From positions 2,032-66,031 of the forward strand of contig JAKSLO010000001.1 in NCBI GenBank assembly GCA_024401185.1: a DNA stretch of 64,000 bases, given 5' to 3'. Positions 7,395 to 15,468 of the stretch are shown in pieces (position 1 is the stretch's first letter; each line of letters begins with the position of its first letter). This DNA is from Bacteroidaceae bacterium. GTDB lineage: Bacteria > Bacteroidota > Bacteroidia > Bacteroidales > Bacteroidaceae. A program made the translations under genes and the position numbers. Below the pieces are notes generated by a model that saw nothing but the letters and a program-made list of their open reading frames with translations, made no database searches and was not told the origin of the DNA.

Positions 7395-7525
7395 CGTGCT
7401 ACTGGACGTGCTACCTGAGAAAAAGAATGTAGCCTACGAGATGATTATTAAAGATATAAGGTGGAAGGTTCGATTTCCTTCCAGATCACGAAAAAGGGAT
7501 AGGCACGTGCTACCAAACGTGCTAC
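7395..7525 (+). repeat. Two pairs of direct CGTGCTAC repeats
   Basis: Copies lie at 7395, 7407, 7506 and 7518. The spacing within each pair is 12 nt, and the pairs flank the hairpin at 7463-7482. Confidence 0.85.
7463..7482 (+). other. tRNA T-arm-like hairpin (GGAAGG-TTCGATTT-CCTTCC)
   Basis: 6-bp stem with a TTCGA-containing 8-nt loop. There is no matching acceptor, D or anticodon arm upstream. Confidence 0.5.
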
Positions 7526-7620
7526 CACCAATAAAAATGGCTGATAACGAACTGATAATCAGAAAGATGTTCGTTTTCCATCCGAATCACAAATGGGATA
7601 ATCCCCAAAAACAAAAAATC

Positions 7621-7655
7621 GAGGAGATGAGTTATCGCTCACCTCCTCTTGTTTT
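7621..7655 (+). terminator. Rho-independent terminator
   Basis: GAGGAGATGAG / CTCACCTCCTC stem with one mismatch, followed by TTGTTTT. Confidence 0.6.
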
Positions 7656-7680
7656 CAATAGTCAAAATAGAGACAACTGA

Positions 7681-7723
7681 AAAAGGGGAGAAGTTAACCT
7701 CACGGTATACTCTCCCTTTTTAT
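7681..7723. terminator. Bidirectional terminator at the island/core junction
   Basis: AAAAGGGGAGA / TCTCCCTTTTT stem with one bulge. T-runs follow on both strands. It lies downstream of the minus-strand gene ending at 7801. Confidence 0.65.
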
Positions 7724-7800
7724 CTCAAAGAACATTCACCACATTGATGCCATCGAAAACGTGAATATCAACGAGGAATAAATCTCTTGTACTATCAACT

Positions 7801-8538
7801 TTAATTCGTTATGCCCTGATAGGTGCGCTGCACTTCCTCGTAACTCTGCAAATTTCCGATGTCATAGCGTTTACCAGGCATCTCCATTGCATGAACGGGC
7901 GTCTGGGTGCAAAGCCAGGCAATGTAGCTGCCAGGTGCATCCGTACCACAGCCAGAGGCAATGCCCTGCTTAACCAAACGGGCATCCTCACGGGTATAGT
8001 AGTAGAAAGGAGGACAGCACCAATTGGATTTGGGCTGTGCCGGCTTCTCTTCCATGTCGAGAATTTTATCATCGTCGTCAATGGTAACCACACCACATTT
8101 CACCAAGCGTTCGGGACGCGCCTCGAAGTATCGCATGATGCAACTACTCTGTTTCTCGACAGCATAATGCACAAAACGCTGTAAGCTAAAATCGAGCACA
8201 TTATCGCCGGCAATGACAAGCATGTCATCATCAATGTGAAGCTGATCAATGGCAAACTGAATGTCGCACACAGCACCCAAACGGCTCTCATTGGTTGACG
8301 TACCATCATCGACGACTGTAATCTTCTGAGACTTTACACCACCCCACTCCTCAAAGAAATGAGCAAAACGATGATTAGAGATGACAACAAATTCATCAAC
8401 AAGTCCTGCACCATCGATATCATCGATAAGCCAGTCGAGAATGGTCTTATCACCCACTTTGAGCAAAGGTTTGGGGAAATTCTCTGTAAGAGGATAAAGG
8501 CGAGTGGCATAGCCAGCTGCAAGTATTAAGCACTTCAT
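7801..8538 (-). CDS. Sugar-1-phosphate nucleotidylyltransferase
   Basis: N-terminal LILAAGYATRLYPLTENFPKPLL (GxGtRL plus K) NTP-transferase signature. Confidence 0.8.
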   Translation of the reverse strand: MKCLILAAGYATRLYPLTENFPKPLLKVGDKTILDWLIDDIDGAGLVDEFVVISNHRFAHFFEEWGGVKSQKITVVDDGTSTNESRLGAVCDIQFAIDQLHIDDDMLVIAGDNVLDFSLQRFVHYAVEKQSSCIMRYFEARPERLVKCGVVTIDDDDKILDMEEKPAQPKSNWCCPPFYYYTREDARLVKQGIASGCGTDAPGSYIAWLCTQTPVHAMEMPGKRYDIGNLQSYEEVQRTYQGITN

Positions 8539-8560
8539 TGTCGTTTTGAAATAAAATTAA

Positions 8561-9736
8561 CTACTGAAACATTAAACCATCGGCGCTGTCGCAAATATGC
8601 ACAGAGTATTTGCCTTGAAGGGCAGGGAAAACATGCAGATACTCCTCGCCTACCTTCTGCCGAATAGTATCAGCATACTCTGGATTGATAAGCGCCATGC
8701 AACAGCCTTTGAAACCTGCGCCACTGAAACGTCCACCATAGATACCCTCTGTATGAGTCATTATGTCGTAGAGCGTCTTGAGCTCAGGAGAACCCGTCTC
8801 CCAATTGTAGATGCTACTACGACCACTCTCAAAGCTCAGACGGCCATATTCCTCGATGTCACCGCGACGCCATGCTTCGGCTCCCTGCTGTACACGGTCA
8901 AACTCAGTAAACCAATGTTCTGCACGTAACCGCCAGTTGAGGGGGAGTCGATCACGGAACTCATCGTACACACTACGGGGAATGTCGCGCATATTTGTCT
9001 CGTTGAACTTGCCATACTCCATACCAGCAAATGCAGCCAAGGCGTAAGCAGCTGAACGACACTCATCGACACGCATATTAAACTTACTACCAGCCAAGGT
9101 GCGCTCCACACCGCTGAAGAAGATGGCAATCTTGTAGGGCTTCATGAAAGGGCTGGTAGGAATAAGTTCATACTTATCGTTGCTGGTGTCAAGATATAGC
9201 AAGTGATTGGCACGAGAGTACATTTCACAACTCTGATCAAGCTTACCACTATTGACACCCACATACTCATTTTCTGCGCCTACACTCATCATGATCAGTT
9301 CAAGAGGTTCAGGGTGCACATCGTTGACATCGCAGAGAGCCTTGAGAAAGACTAAGACAACAGCGGCAGAGCTACTCAAACCACCGATAGGCAAAGAGCC
9401 TTCGATAACGCCACTCAAACCATTGTGCAAAGGATATTTCTCTGCCAGTTTGAGTGTAGCACCACGCAAATAGTCGGCCCAGTCATCCTGCTTATACTTA
9501 GGTACTTCGCGTACATGCCACTGGGCACGCTTGCCAAATTGCAGAGAACAAAGTTCTACAACACCATTATGCTTGACATTATAGGCAATGTGAATGCCTT
9601 TGTCAATGGCAAGACCGGTAATTTTACCTAAGTTATGATCACTGTGCGCTCCGATGGGGCAAATTCGGTAGGGACAAAATGCCAAACGATCGGGAGTACG
9701 TTTATAAATCTCGAGAAACTTATCTTGACAAAGCAT
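8561..9736 (-). CDS. GHMP-family sugar kinase (galactokinase-like)
   Basis: Galactokinase-like CPIGAHSDHNLG motif and the GHMP ATP loop PIGGLSSSAAVVLV. Confidence 0.8.
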   Translation of the reverse strand: MLCQDKFLEIYKRTPDRLAFCPYRICPIGAHSDHNLGKITGLAIDKGIHIAYNVKHNGVVELCSLQFGKRAQWHVREVPKYKQDDWADYLRGATLKLAEKYPLHNGLSGVIEGSLPIGGLSSSAAVVLVFLKALCDVNDVHPEPLELIMMSVGAENEYVGVNSGKLDQSCEMYSRANHLLYLDTSNDKYELIPTSPFMKPYKIAIFFSGVERTLAGSKFNMRVDECRSAAYALAAFAGMEYGKFNETNMRDIPRSVYDEFRDRLPLNWRLRAEHWFTEFDRVQQGAEAWRRGDIEEYGRLSFESGRSSIYNWETGSPELKTLYDIMTHTEGIYGGRFSGAGFKGCCMALINPEYADTIRQKVGEEYLHVFPALQGKYSVHICDSADGLMFQ

Positions 9737-9847
9737 GGTATAAGATATGCATTAAATGTTGGACGCAGATTTCACAGATCAAAGCAACTACAGGATGTTA
9801 CTCAGAACGTTGCTGAATCTGTGGAATCTGTGTCATAAAATTATTGA

Positions 9848-11641
9848 TTATTCCTCGCGAAGATCAACCTTCAACTGCAGTTCATCAAGCTGTGACTGGT
9901 CAAGGTAGCCAGGGGCATCGAGCATAACGTCGCGACCACTGTTGTTCTTGGGGAATGCAATGCAATCGCGAATGCTGTCCAATCCGGCAAAGAGGCTTAC
10001 GAAACGATCAAGGCCATAAGCCAAACCACCATGAGGGGGTGCACCAAACTTGAAGGCATTCATCAAGAAGCCGAACTTAAGCTGTGCCTGCTCGGGAGTG
10101 AAGCCAAGAATCTCAAAAATCTTCTGCTGAAGTTTGGCATCGTGAATACGGATGCTACCGCCACCAACTTCAACACCATTGATGACCATGTCGTAGGCAT
10201 TAGCACGCACACTGGCAGGATCGGTATCGAGCAAGGGAATATCCTCTGGTTTGGGAGAAGTGAAAGGATGGTGCATGGCCATGAGTCGCTGCTCCTCATC
10301 GCTCCACTCGTACATGGGGAAATCAATAACCCAGAGGCAAGAGAACTTGTTCTTGTCACGCAATCCCATCTGGCTACCCATCTCAAGACGCAACTCGCAC
10401 AACTGCTTGCGCACCTTCATGGCATCATCACCCGAAAGGATAAGGATAAGGTCGCCGGGCTTTGCTTCCATCTTCTGTTTGAGCACCTGAAGAGCATCCT
10501 GATTATAGAACTTATCAACACTACTCTTGACGCTGCCATCCTCTTGTACGCGAGCATACACAAGGCCCTTAGCACCAATCTGAGGACGCTTAACAAACTC
10601 AATCAACTGATCGAGCTGCTTGCGAGTAAGTACTGCCTGACCTTCGCAGCAAATACCTCCCACATAAGCAGCAGAATCGAACACGCTGAATCCTTCGGGG
10701 AAAATGCTCTCAACCAACTCGCGAGAAGCATTGTCGGGTTGCTGATTCTTGAGCTCAACAAACTTCATACCGAAACGAGTATCGGGTTTGTCGCTACCAT
10801 AATACTTCATAGCATCTGCCCATGTCATACGGGGAAGTGCGGGAATGTCAAGATTAAGAATAACCTTGAAGAGGTGACGGCTCATGCCCTCGAACATCTG
10901 CAAGATGTCCTCCTGCTCAACAAATGACATTTCACAGTCAATCTGAGTGAACTCTGGCTGACGGTCAGCACGAAGATCTTCGTCACGGAAGCACTTACAA
11001 ATCTGGAAATAACGGTCGATGCCTGCAACCATGCAAAGTTGCTTCAGGGTTTGAGGACTTTGGGGAAGTGCATAGAACTGACCGGGATTCATACGTGAGG
11101 GAACGACGAAATCACGTGCACCCTCAGGAGTACTATTGACAAGGACAGGAGTTTCAATCTCCAAGAAACCTTGCTGATCAAGATAGCGACGAACCTCAAA
11201 TGCGAACTTATGACGCAACTGAAGATTACTGCGGACGGGATTACGACGAATGTCAAGATAGCGATACTTCATACGAAGATCATCACCGCCATCACTCTGA
11301 TCCTCGATGGTAAAGGGGGGGGTAAGACTCTCGTTCAAGACATTGAGCGTCTTAACCAAGATCTCAATGTCACCTGTGGGGATGTTAGGATTTTTATTGC
11401 TTCGCTCGCTTACTTCGCCTGTAACCTGAATGACCCACTCACGTCCCAATCGATTTGCCTGCTCGCATAACTGGGCATCATATTCATCATTGAACACCAA
11501 CTGAGTAATGCCATAACGATCGCGGAGGTCAACGAAGGTCATACCTCCAAATTTACGGGTACGCTGTACCCATCCGGCCAGCGTAACGGTTGTGCCTGCA
11601 TCACTAAGACGCAACTCACCATTTGTTTTAGTTCTGAACAT
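9848..11641 (-). CDS. aspS: Aspartate--tRNA ligase
   Basis: 597 aa. OB start [26 protein letters not shown]. Class II motifs [18 protein letters not shown] and GGLAYGLDR. Confidence 0.95.
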   Translation of the reverse strand: MFRTKTNGELRLSDAGTTVTLAGWVQRTRKFGGMTFVDLRDRYGITQLVFNDEYDAQLCEQANRLGREWVIQVTGEVSERSNKNPNIPTGDIEILVKTLNVLNESLTPPFTIEDQSDGGDDLRMKYRYLDIRRNPVRSNLQLRHKFAFEVRRYLDQQGFLEIETPVLVNSTPEGARDFVVPSRMNPGQFYALPQSPQTLKQLCMVAGIDRYFQICKCFRDEDLRADRQPEFTQIDCEMSFVEQEDILQMFEGMSRHLFKVILNLDIPALPRMTWADAMKYYGSDKPDTRFGMKFVELKNQQPDNASRELVESIFPEGFSVFDSAAYVGGICCEGQAVLTRKQLDQLIEFVKRPQIGAKGLVYARVQEDGSVKSSVDKFYNQDALQVLKQKMEAKPGDLILILSGDDAMKVRKQLCELRLEMGSQMGLRDKNKFSCLWVIDFPMYEWSDEEQRLMAMHHPFTSPKPEDIPLLDTDPASVRANAYDMVINGVEVGGGSIRIHDAKLQQKIFEILGFTPEQAQLKFGFLMNAFKFGAPPHGGLAYGLDRFVSLFAGLDSIRDCIAFPKNNSGRDVMLDAPGYLDQSQLDELQLKVDLREE

Positions 11642-11668
11642 ATTTATGTTATATTATTGTTTTCCGTG

Positions 11669-11676
11669 CAAAGTTA
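11669..11676 (-). promoter_or_regulatory. -7 box upstream of aspS
   Basis: The minus strand reads TAACTTTG about 28 nt upstream of the aspS ATG. Confidence 0.5.
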
Positions 11677-11801
11677 CAAAAAAAACAAGACTAATCATTC
11701 ATTTTTCGACACAGAATGTGCAGATATGCGGATATTACCTGTTATGCAAGCAAGTTTTTCTTAGATTTCATGGTTAAGGTTGAATGAGAAGGCCATGCGA
11801 A

Positions 11802-12500
11802 TTAGTGATTGACAGAATAGAAGAGTGCATAAATAAAGACAAACAGCAACGTGGCTGCATAACTAAGAGGCACAAGGTGCGCATCGTCTTTCAGAATACC
11901 AGAGGAGGAATAAGCTGCACTGAAAAATTTTCTTGACTCTGACATTCGGGAGCACAAATACAAGTACAACCTGTACACAAGAAAGCCACAGATTACACCC
12001 CAGATAGTACCACAAAGTATGTCTCCAGGATAATGCACACCAAGATAGATGCGCGAAAAACTACTCAGTGAGGCATAAAGAATCATAGTAAAAGTAACCC
12101 ATCTGTAACGGATAATTAACGAGATGAATGTACAGATTGCAAAACCATTGGCAGCATGGGATGAGAAGAAGCCATAAAGCCCCCCACGATACCCATCCAC
12201 CACATCAACAAGTCCTTCGAGCGCTGGTTCATGGGTAGGACGGAAACGGTGTACTAAAGGCTTGCAAATGCCACTGGCACCTTGATCTGCCAGCAAGATG
12301 GCAATGCCAACCATGAAGATAATCATCAACAGATGGCGCACATCGAAACTGCGAGCCAAAACGATGAGAATAACCAGATAAAAGACTGTCCATGTGCCCA
12401 CCGTGGTAATGGCCATCCATACCCCATCCCAGAAAACAGATTCACTACCGTTCAAGGAAAGAAGCAACTTCTGATCAAGATGAATGAGCGTTTCGAGCAT
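11802..12500 (-). CDS. PAP2-family membrane phosphatase
   Basis: Multi-TM protein with motifs KPLVHRFRP, SSHA and SRIYLGVHYPGD. Confidence 0.85.
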   Translation of the reverse strand: MLETLIHLDQKLLLSLNGSESVFWDGVWMAITTVGTWTVFYLVILIVLARSFDVRHLLMIIFMVGIAILLADQGASGICKPLVHRFRPTHEPALEGLVDVVDGYRGGLYGFFSSHAANGFAICTFISLIIRYRWVTFTMILYASLSSFSRIYLGVHYPGDILCGTIWGVICGFLVYRLYLYLCSRMSESRKFFSAAYSSSGILKDDAHLVPLSYAATLLFVFIYALFYSVNH

Positions 12501-12534
12501 AATCTAACAAATAATAACAGTTATAACAGTTGAA

Positions 12535-13293
12535 TCAAATAACCTCAATTGCCTTAGCTGAAATCCAGCCTTCCTTGCCGTCAGAGAGACGAATCTGATA
12601 CCAATCCTGCATGCTCTGGTCAATAATCTTCATAGACGTTCCTGAATGAAGAAGGAACAAATCGGTACCAGCATCTGCCGGTGTACTCTTAACTGCTACA
12701 GAACTCTCTATAACCACCGCTCCATCACGATTTTGCTGACGACCGCGCTGTTGGATGGCAAACACATTACTCATCACCACAAAAACAAACAGTACGATGG
12801 CACAATAAAATCCGCTTTTACGGACAACCATGCGCTGTCCGAAGAAATAGAGAAGCAAACAAACCTGCATGACTACAAAGAAAATGATACCTGTCCATAT
12901 CCAAGCGTTCACGCTCATCATGTTAAGCAAAGAGTGGTACCAGCGAACAAAGAGCAGCTCTTCCTCAGGCACAATCTTATCGACCGTCTTGCTTCGCGCC
13001 AACTGAAGATTCACACGCAAGTCAGCATCACCTGGATTCAGCAGATAGGCACGTTCATACCACAAAATGGATTGGGCAATGTCATCAAGACGATAATAGC
13101 AGTTACCGAGATTATAGTACACGTCAGCACTTTCGCCATCTTGGATAATTTCCTTGTAAATAGGGATTGCTTCTTCGTATCTCTCAAACGAATATGCCTT
13201 GTCAGCCTTTGCCTTCAAGGCTTGCACGTCACCTTCTGCACTAACCGAGAGGGAGAACAAAGAGCACAAAATATAAAGAATAAGATTTTTCAT
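12535..13293 (-). CDS. batE: BatE-like TPR / SH3 protein
   Basis: Signal peptide, TPR (YYNLGNCYYRLDDIAQSILWYERAYLLNP), TM segments and a C-terminal SH3-like WYQIRLSDGKEGWISAKAIEVI. It is the last gene of the Bat operon. Confidence 0.75.
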   Translation of the reverse strand: MKNLILYILCSLFSLSVSAEGDVQALKAKADKAYSFERYEEAIPIYKEIIQDGESADVYYNLGNCYYRLDDIAQSILWYERAYLLNPGDADLRVNLQLARSKTVDKIVPEEELLFVRWYHSLLNMMSVNAWIWTGIIFFVVMQVCLLLYFFGQRMVVRKSGFYCAIVLFVFVVMSNVFAIQQRGRQQNRDGAVVIESSVAVKSTPADAGTDLFLLHSGTSMKIIDQSMQDWYQIRLSDGKEGWISAKAIEVI

Positions 13294-13450
13294 CTTTGCA
13301 ACTAGTTAATTATTTGAACATTCAACAAACGCTCTTCATCAGTTTTATAAGTCACTTATTTTCAGCAGAAAAGCCTTCGCATTAGTATTTGTCTGTAAAA
13401 CCATGCTTAAACCAATCTCTTACGATTTATAAGAAAAGACGGATGTTTGT

Positions 13451-15304
13451 CTATCTTATCTTCTCATCGAGCTGGGTAATCACATCGGTGGCATCGCTGA
13501 ATAGATGTCCCATGGTCGTAGCAGGATCGCCAGGTGCAAAACGGGCGAACTCACATTCGCTCAGCAAATGCAGGAACTTGCTGACTGACTCCTCATCAGC
13601 ACCACGCTGCTGAAGAACCTCACTGACATTATCCTTGTTGAGCTCTGTCAACGGTAGAGAAAGTTTATCGCTCACATATCCCCACAAAGCACGCATTACC
13701 TCGTCGTAGAATGGCTCTGCCTTACCTGCTTCAAGCAACTTAGAGGCATTTCGAAGGCGCTTGGCAGCAGCTTTCCCTGCCTTGCGACCACGCTTACCCA
13801 CGAAGTCTGCATTGGCTTTGGCAAAATGACGCAATACAACCACGGCCACGGCAAACAAAAGCAAAGCAACAAGATAGGACATCCAATGAACGAGACTGCC
13901 AAACATGCTGTCACCAGGTTGTTTGAGAGAGACATCACCTTGCTTAATATAACGAATATCATTAGCCAACTCTTTGAGTTCCTCCTGTTGTACAGCAGTA
14001 TGTGCTGTCTCCACACCCTTGGCAACACCCAATGTAAACTCGTCTGTCTTCAATGTCTTATACTGATTGCTCTCAGTATCAAAATAGCAGAACTCTACCG
14101 CAGGAATAGTATATTTGCCACCATGATGAGGCACAGCCACATATTCGTAGGTGACCTTGCCACTTGTACCACTGGTGGTAAGTTTGGTTGCCTGAGTGGT
14201 TTTGGGATCGTATTGTTCGAAATCCTTTGGCCACTGCACAACAGGCGCATTGATAAGCTTAATGTTACCAGTGCCATTGACGGTCAGGGTAAGGGTAGTT
14301 GCGTCGTTGGCATCAATCTGCTCTGGAGTCATCTTGGCATTAATAGAGAATCCCTTTCCTACAGCACCGCTAAAGTTCTCTGGTTTGGCTGGCAGGGGAT
14401 CCACCTGAATCTCGACTGCTGGCGCACGCACAATCTTCTTGACACGCTGCATGATGCTTCCACCACCAAAGAATGCATCGAAGGGATCGACGTTTCTATC
14501 TTGTGTCACCACATCTGCCTCATAGTCAATACCAGGGATGGTAAGCTTACCTGTACGCTGAGGGAAAAGTACATATTGCCTCCAAACCACCGTACCATAG
14601 TTTTTGCCTCCTACATTCTCCCAAGTGAAGCTCTTCTGCTGAGGCAATTCTATCTCTTGTACATGGAAACCATCCAATTGTGGCATTTCACCAGCCAACT
14701 GCTCAACGGTAATCAAGGAGTAGAGTTTGTACGTCAACAAGATGGCTTCCTGTTCATACACACGCTTCTTGCTGGCAGTAACAGCAAAATACAGATCCTT
14801 TGCACCAATATGTTCGTCGCTGGTAGGTGTGTGCATACGCCCTACGCTTCCAGCACTTTGCTGCGAGCCATAACCACTTTGATTGCCATTTCCCCTCCCC
14901 TGCTGTCCTTGCGACGAACCTGAGCTACCTGGCAATACCTCTATCTTGGCCGTATTACTCTTGACCTTCTTACCGCCACTATTAAGCGAGGCTGAGGGCA
15001 AGGTATAAGTACCAGCCTTTTTGGGGGAAAGTGTATAAGTAAACGTCGTGCTACTACTTTGAGTCGTACGTCCGTTGATGATACTGATACTGCTACTCGT
15101 GCTGATACTAGGACCAAAAAGCAAGTCAAATCCATCGAAATCTCCATCCAACTGGATGCGATCAAAATCATTATTATCCAGAGTGTACGAAACCCTGATG
15201 CGACGACCCTCTTCAGCTTGCGAGGGTGCCTGCAGAGTAAGTTTCTGCGCCCAGATGGGTGCCGCGCTCAAGGCGACAAGCAAACAGAGCAAAATACGTT
15301 TCAT
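13451..15304 (-). CDS. batD: BatD-like oxygen-tolerance protein
   Basis: 617 aa with a signal peptide, beta-rich repeats, and a C-terminal TM plus helical tail. It occupies the operon position after BatB/C. Confidence 0.75.
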   Translation of the reverse strand: MKRILLCLLVALSAAPIWAQKLTLQAPSQAEEGRRIRVSYTLDNNDFDRIQLDGDFDGFDLLFGPSISTSSSISIINGRTTQSSSTTFTYTLSPKKAGTYTLPSASLNSGGKKVKSNTAKIEVLPGSSGSSQGQQGRGNGNQSGYGSQQSAGSVGRMHTPTSDEHIGAKDLYFAVTASKKRVYEQEAILLTYKLYSLITVEQLAGEMPQLDGFHVQEIELPQQKSFTWENVGGKNYGTVVWRQYVLFPQRTGKLTIPGIDYEADVVTQDRNVDPFDAFFGGGSIMQRVKKIVRAPAVEIQVDPLPAKPENFSGAVGKGFSINAKMTPEQIDANDATTLTLTVNGTGNIKLINAPVVQWPKDFEQYDPKTTQATKLTTSGTSGKVTYEYVAVPHHGGKYTIPAVEFCYFDTESNQYKTLKTDEFTLGVAKGVETAHTAVQQEELKELANDIRYIKQGDVSLKQPGDSMFGSLVHWMSYLVALLLFAVAVVVLRHFAKANADFVGKRGRKAGKAAAKRLRNASKLLEAGKAEPFYDEVMRALWGYVSDKLSLPLTELNKDNVSEVLQQRGADEESVSKFLHLLSECEFARFAPGDPATTMGHLFSDATDVITQLDEKIR

Positions 15305-15468
15305 AATTATTACTGATAATTGATGGTTTACAATTTATAGTTGAACATAAGTTTGTCGGTTTGTCACTTACTATTTTCTGACATCGGGTTTGATTCAACA
15401 TACGTGAATCCATTTAATCCCTTCATCACAGAATAAACTGTAAATATACAAACCGCAAGCTCTTTACA

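Larger units (their letters stand above)
1..7723. mobile_element. Integrated phage-like / satellite-like element, replication and immunity arm (left end outside window; right end somewhere between 7247 and 7723)
   Basis: One-strand block of phage-type genes (primase-helicase fusion, ORF6N, small HTH proteins) faces a divergent CI/S24-type repressor, with an iteron array after the helicase gene. The content switches abruptly to housekeeping genes after terminators at 7621-7723. No integrase or att duplication is visible inside the window. Confidence 0.6.

Noticed and set aside
7362-7420. SRP (4.5S) RNA-like GGAAGGCAAGCAAGC segment
   Set aside because: The GGAA is not closed by the conserved helix and the symmetric-loop partner strand is missing. 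The resemblance is limited to a few nucleotides.
7463-7495. Possible tRNA gene or tRNA 3' end (GGTTCGATTTCC T-loop-like sequence)
   Set aside because: The loop is 8 nt rather than 7. No 5-bp canonical T-stem can be drawn, and no acceptor 5' strand, D-arm or anticodon arm lies upstream, where the sequence is AT-rich. I kept it only as a T-arm-like hairpin or possible att remnant.
7372-7680. 102-aa ORF from the supplied track as a confident CDS
   Set aside because: It has a TTG start, no recognisable motif and rare-codon-rich composition, and a terminator-type hairpin lies inside its 3' end. It is discussed as an alternative in a finding but not called as a feature.
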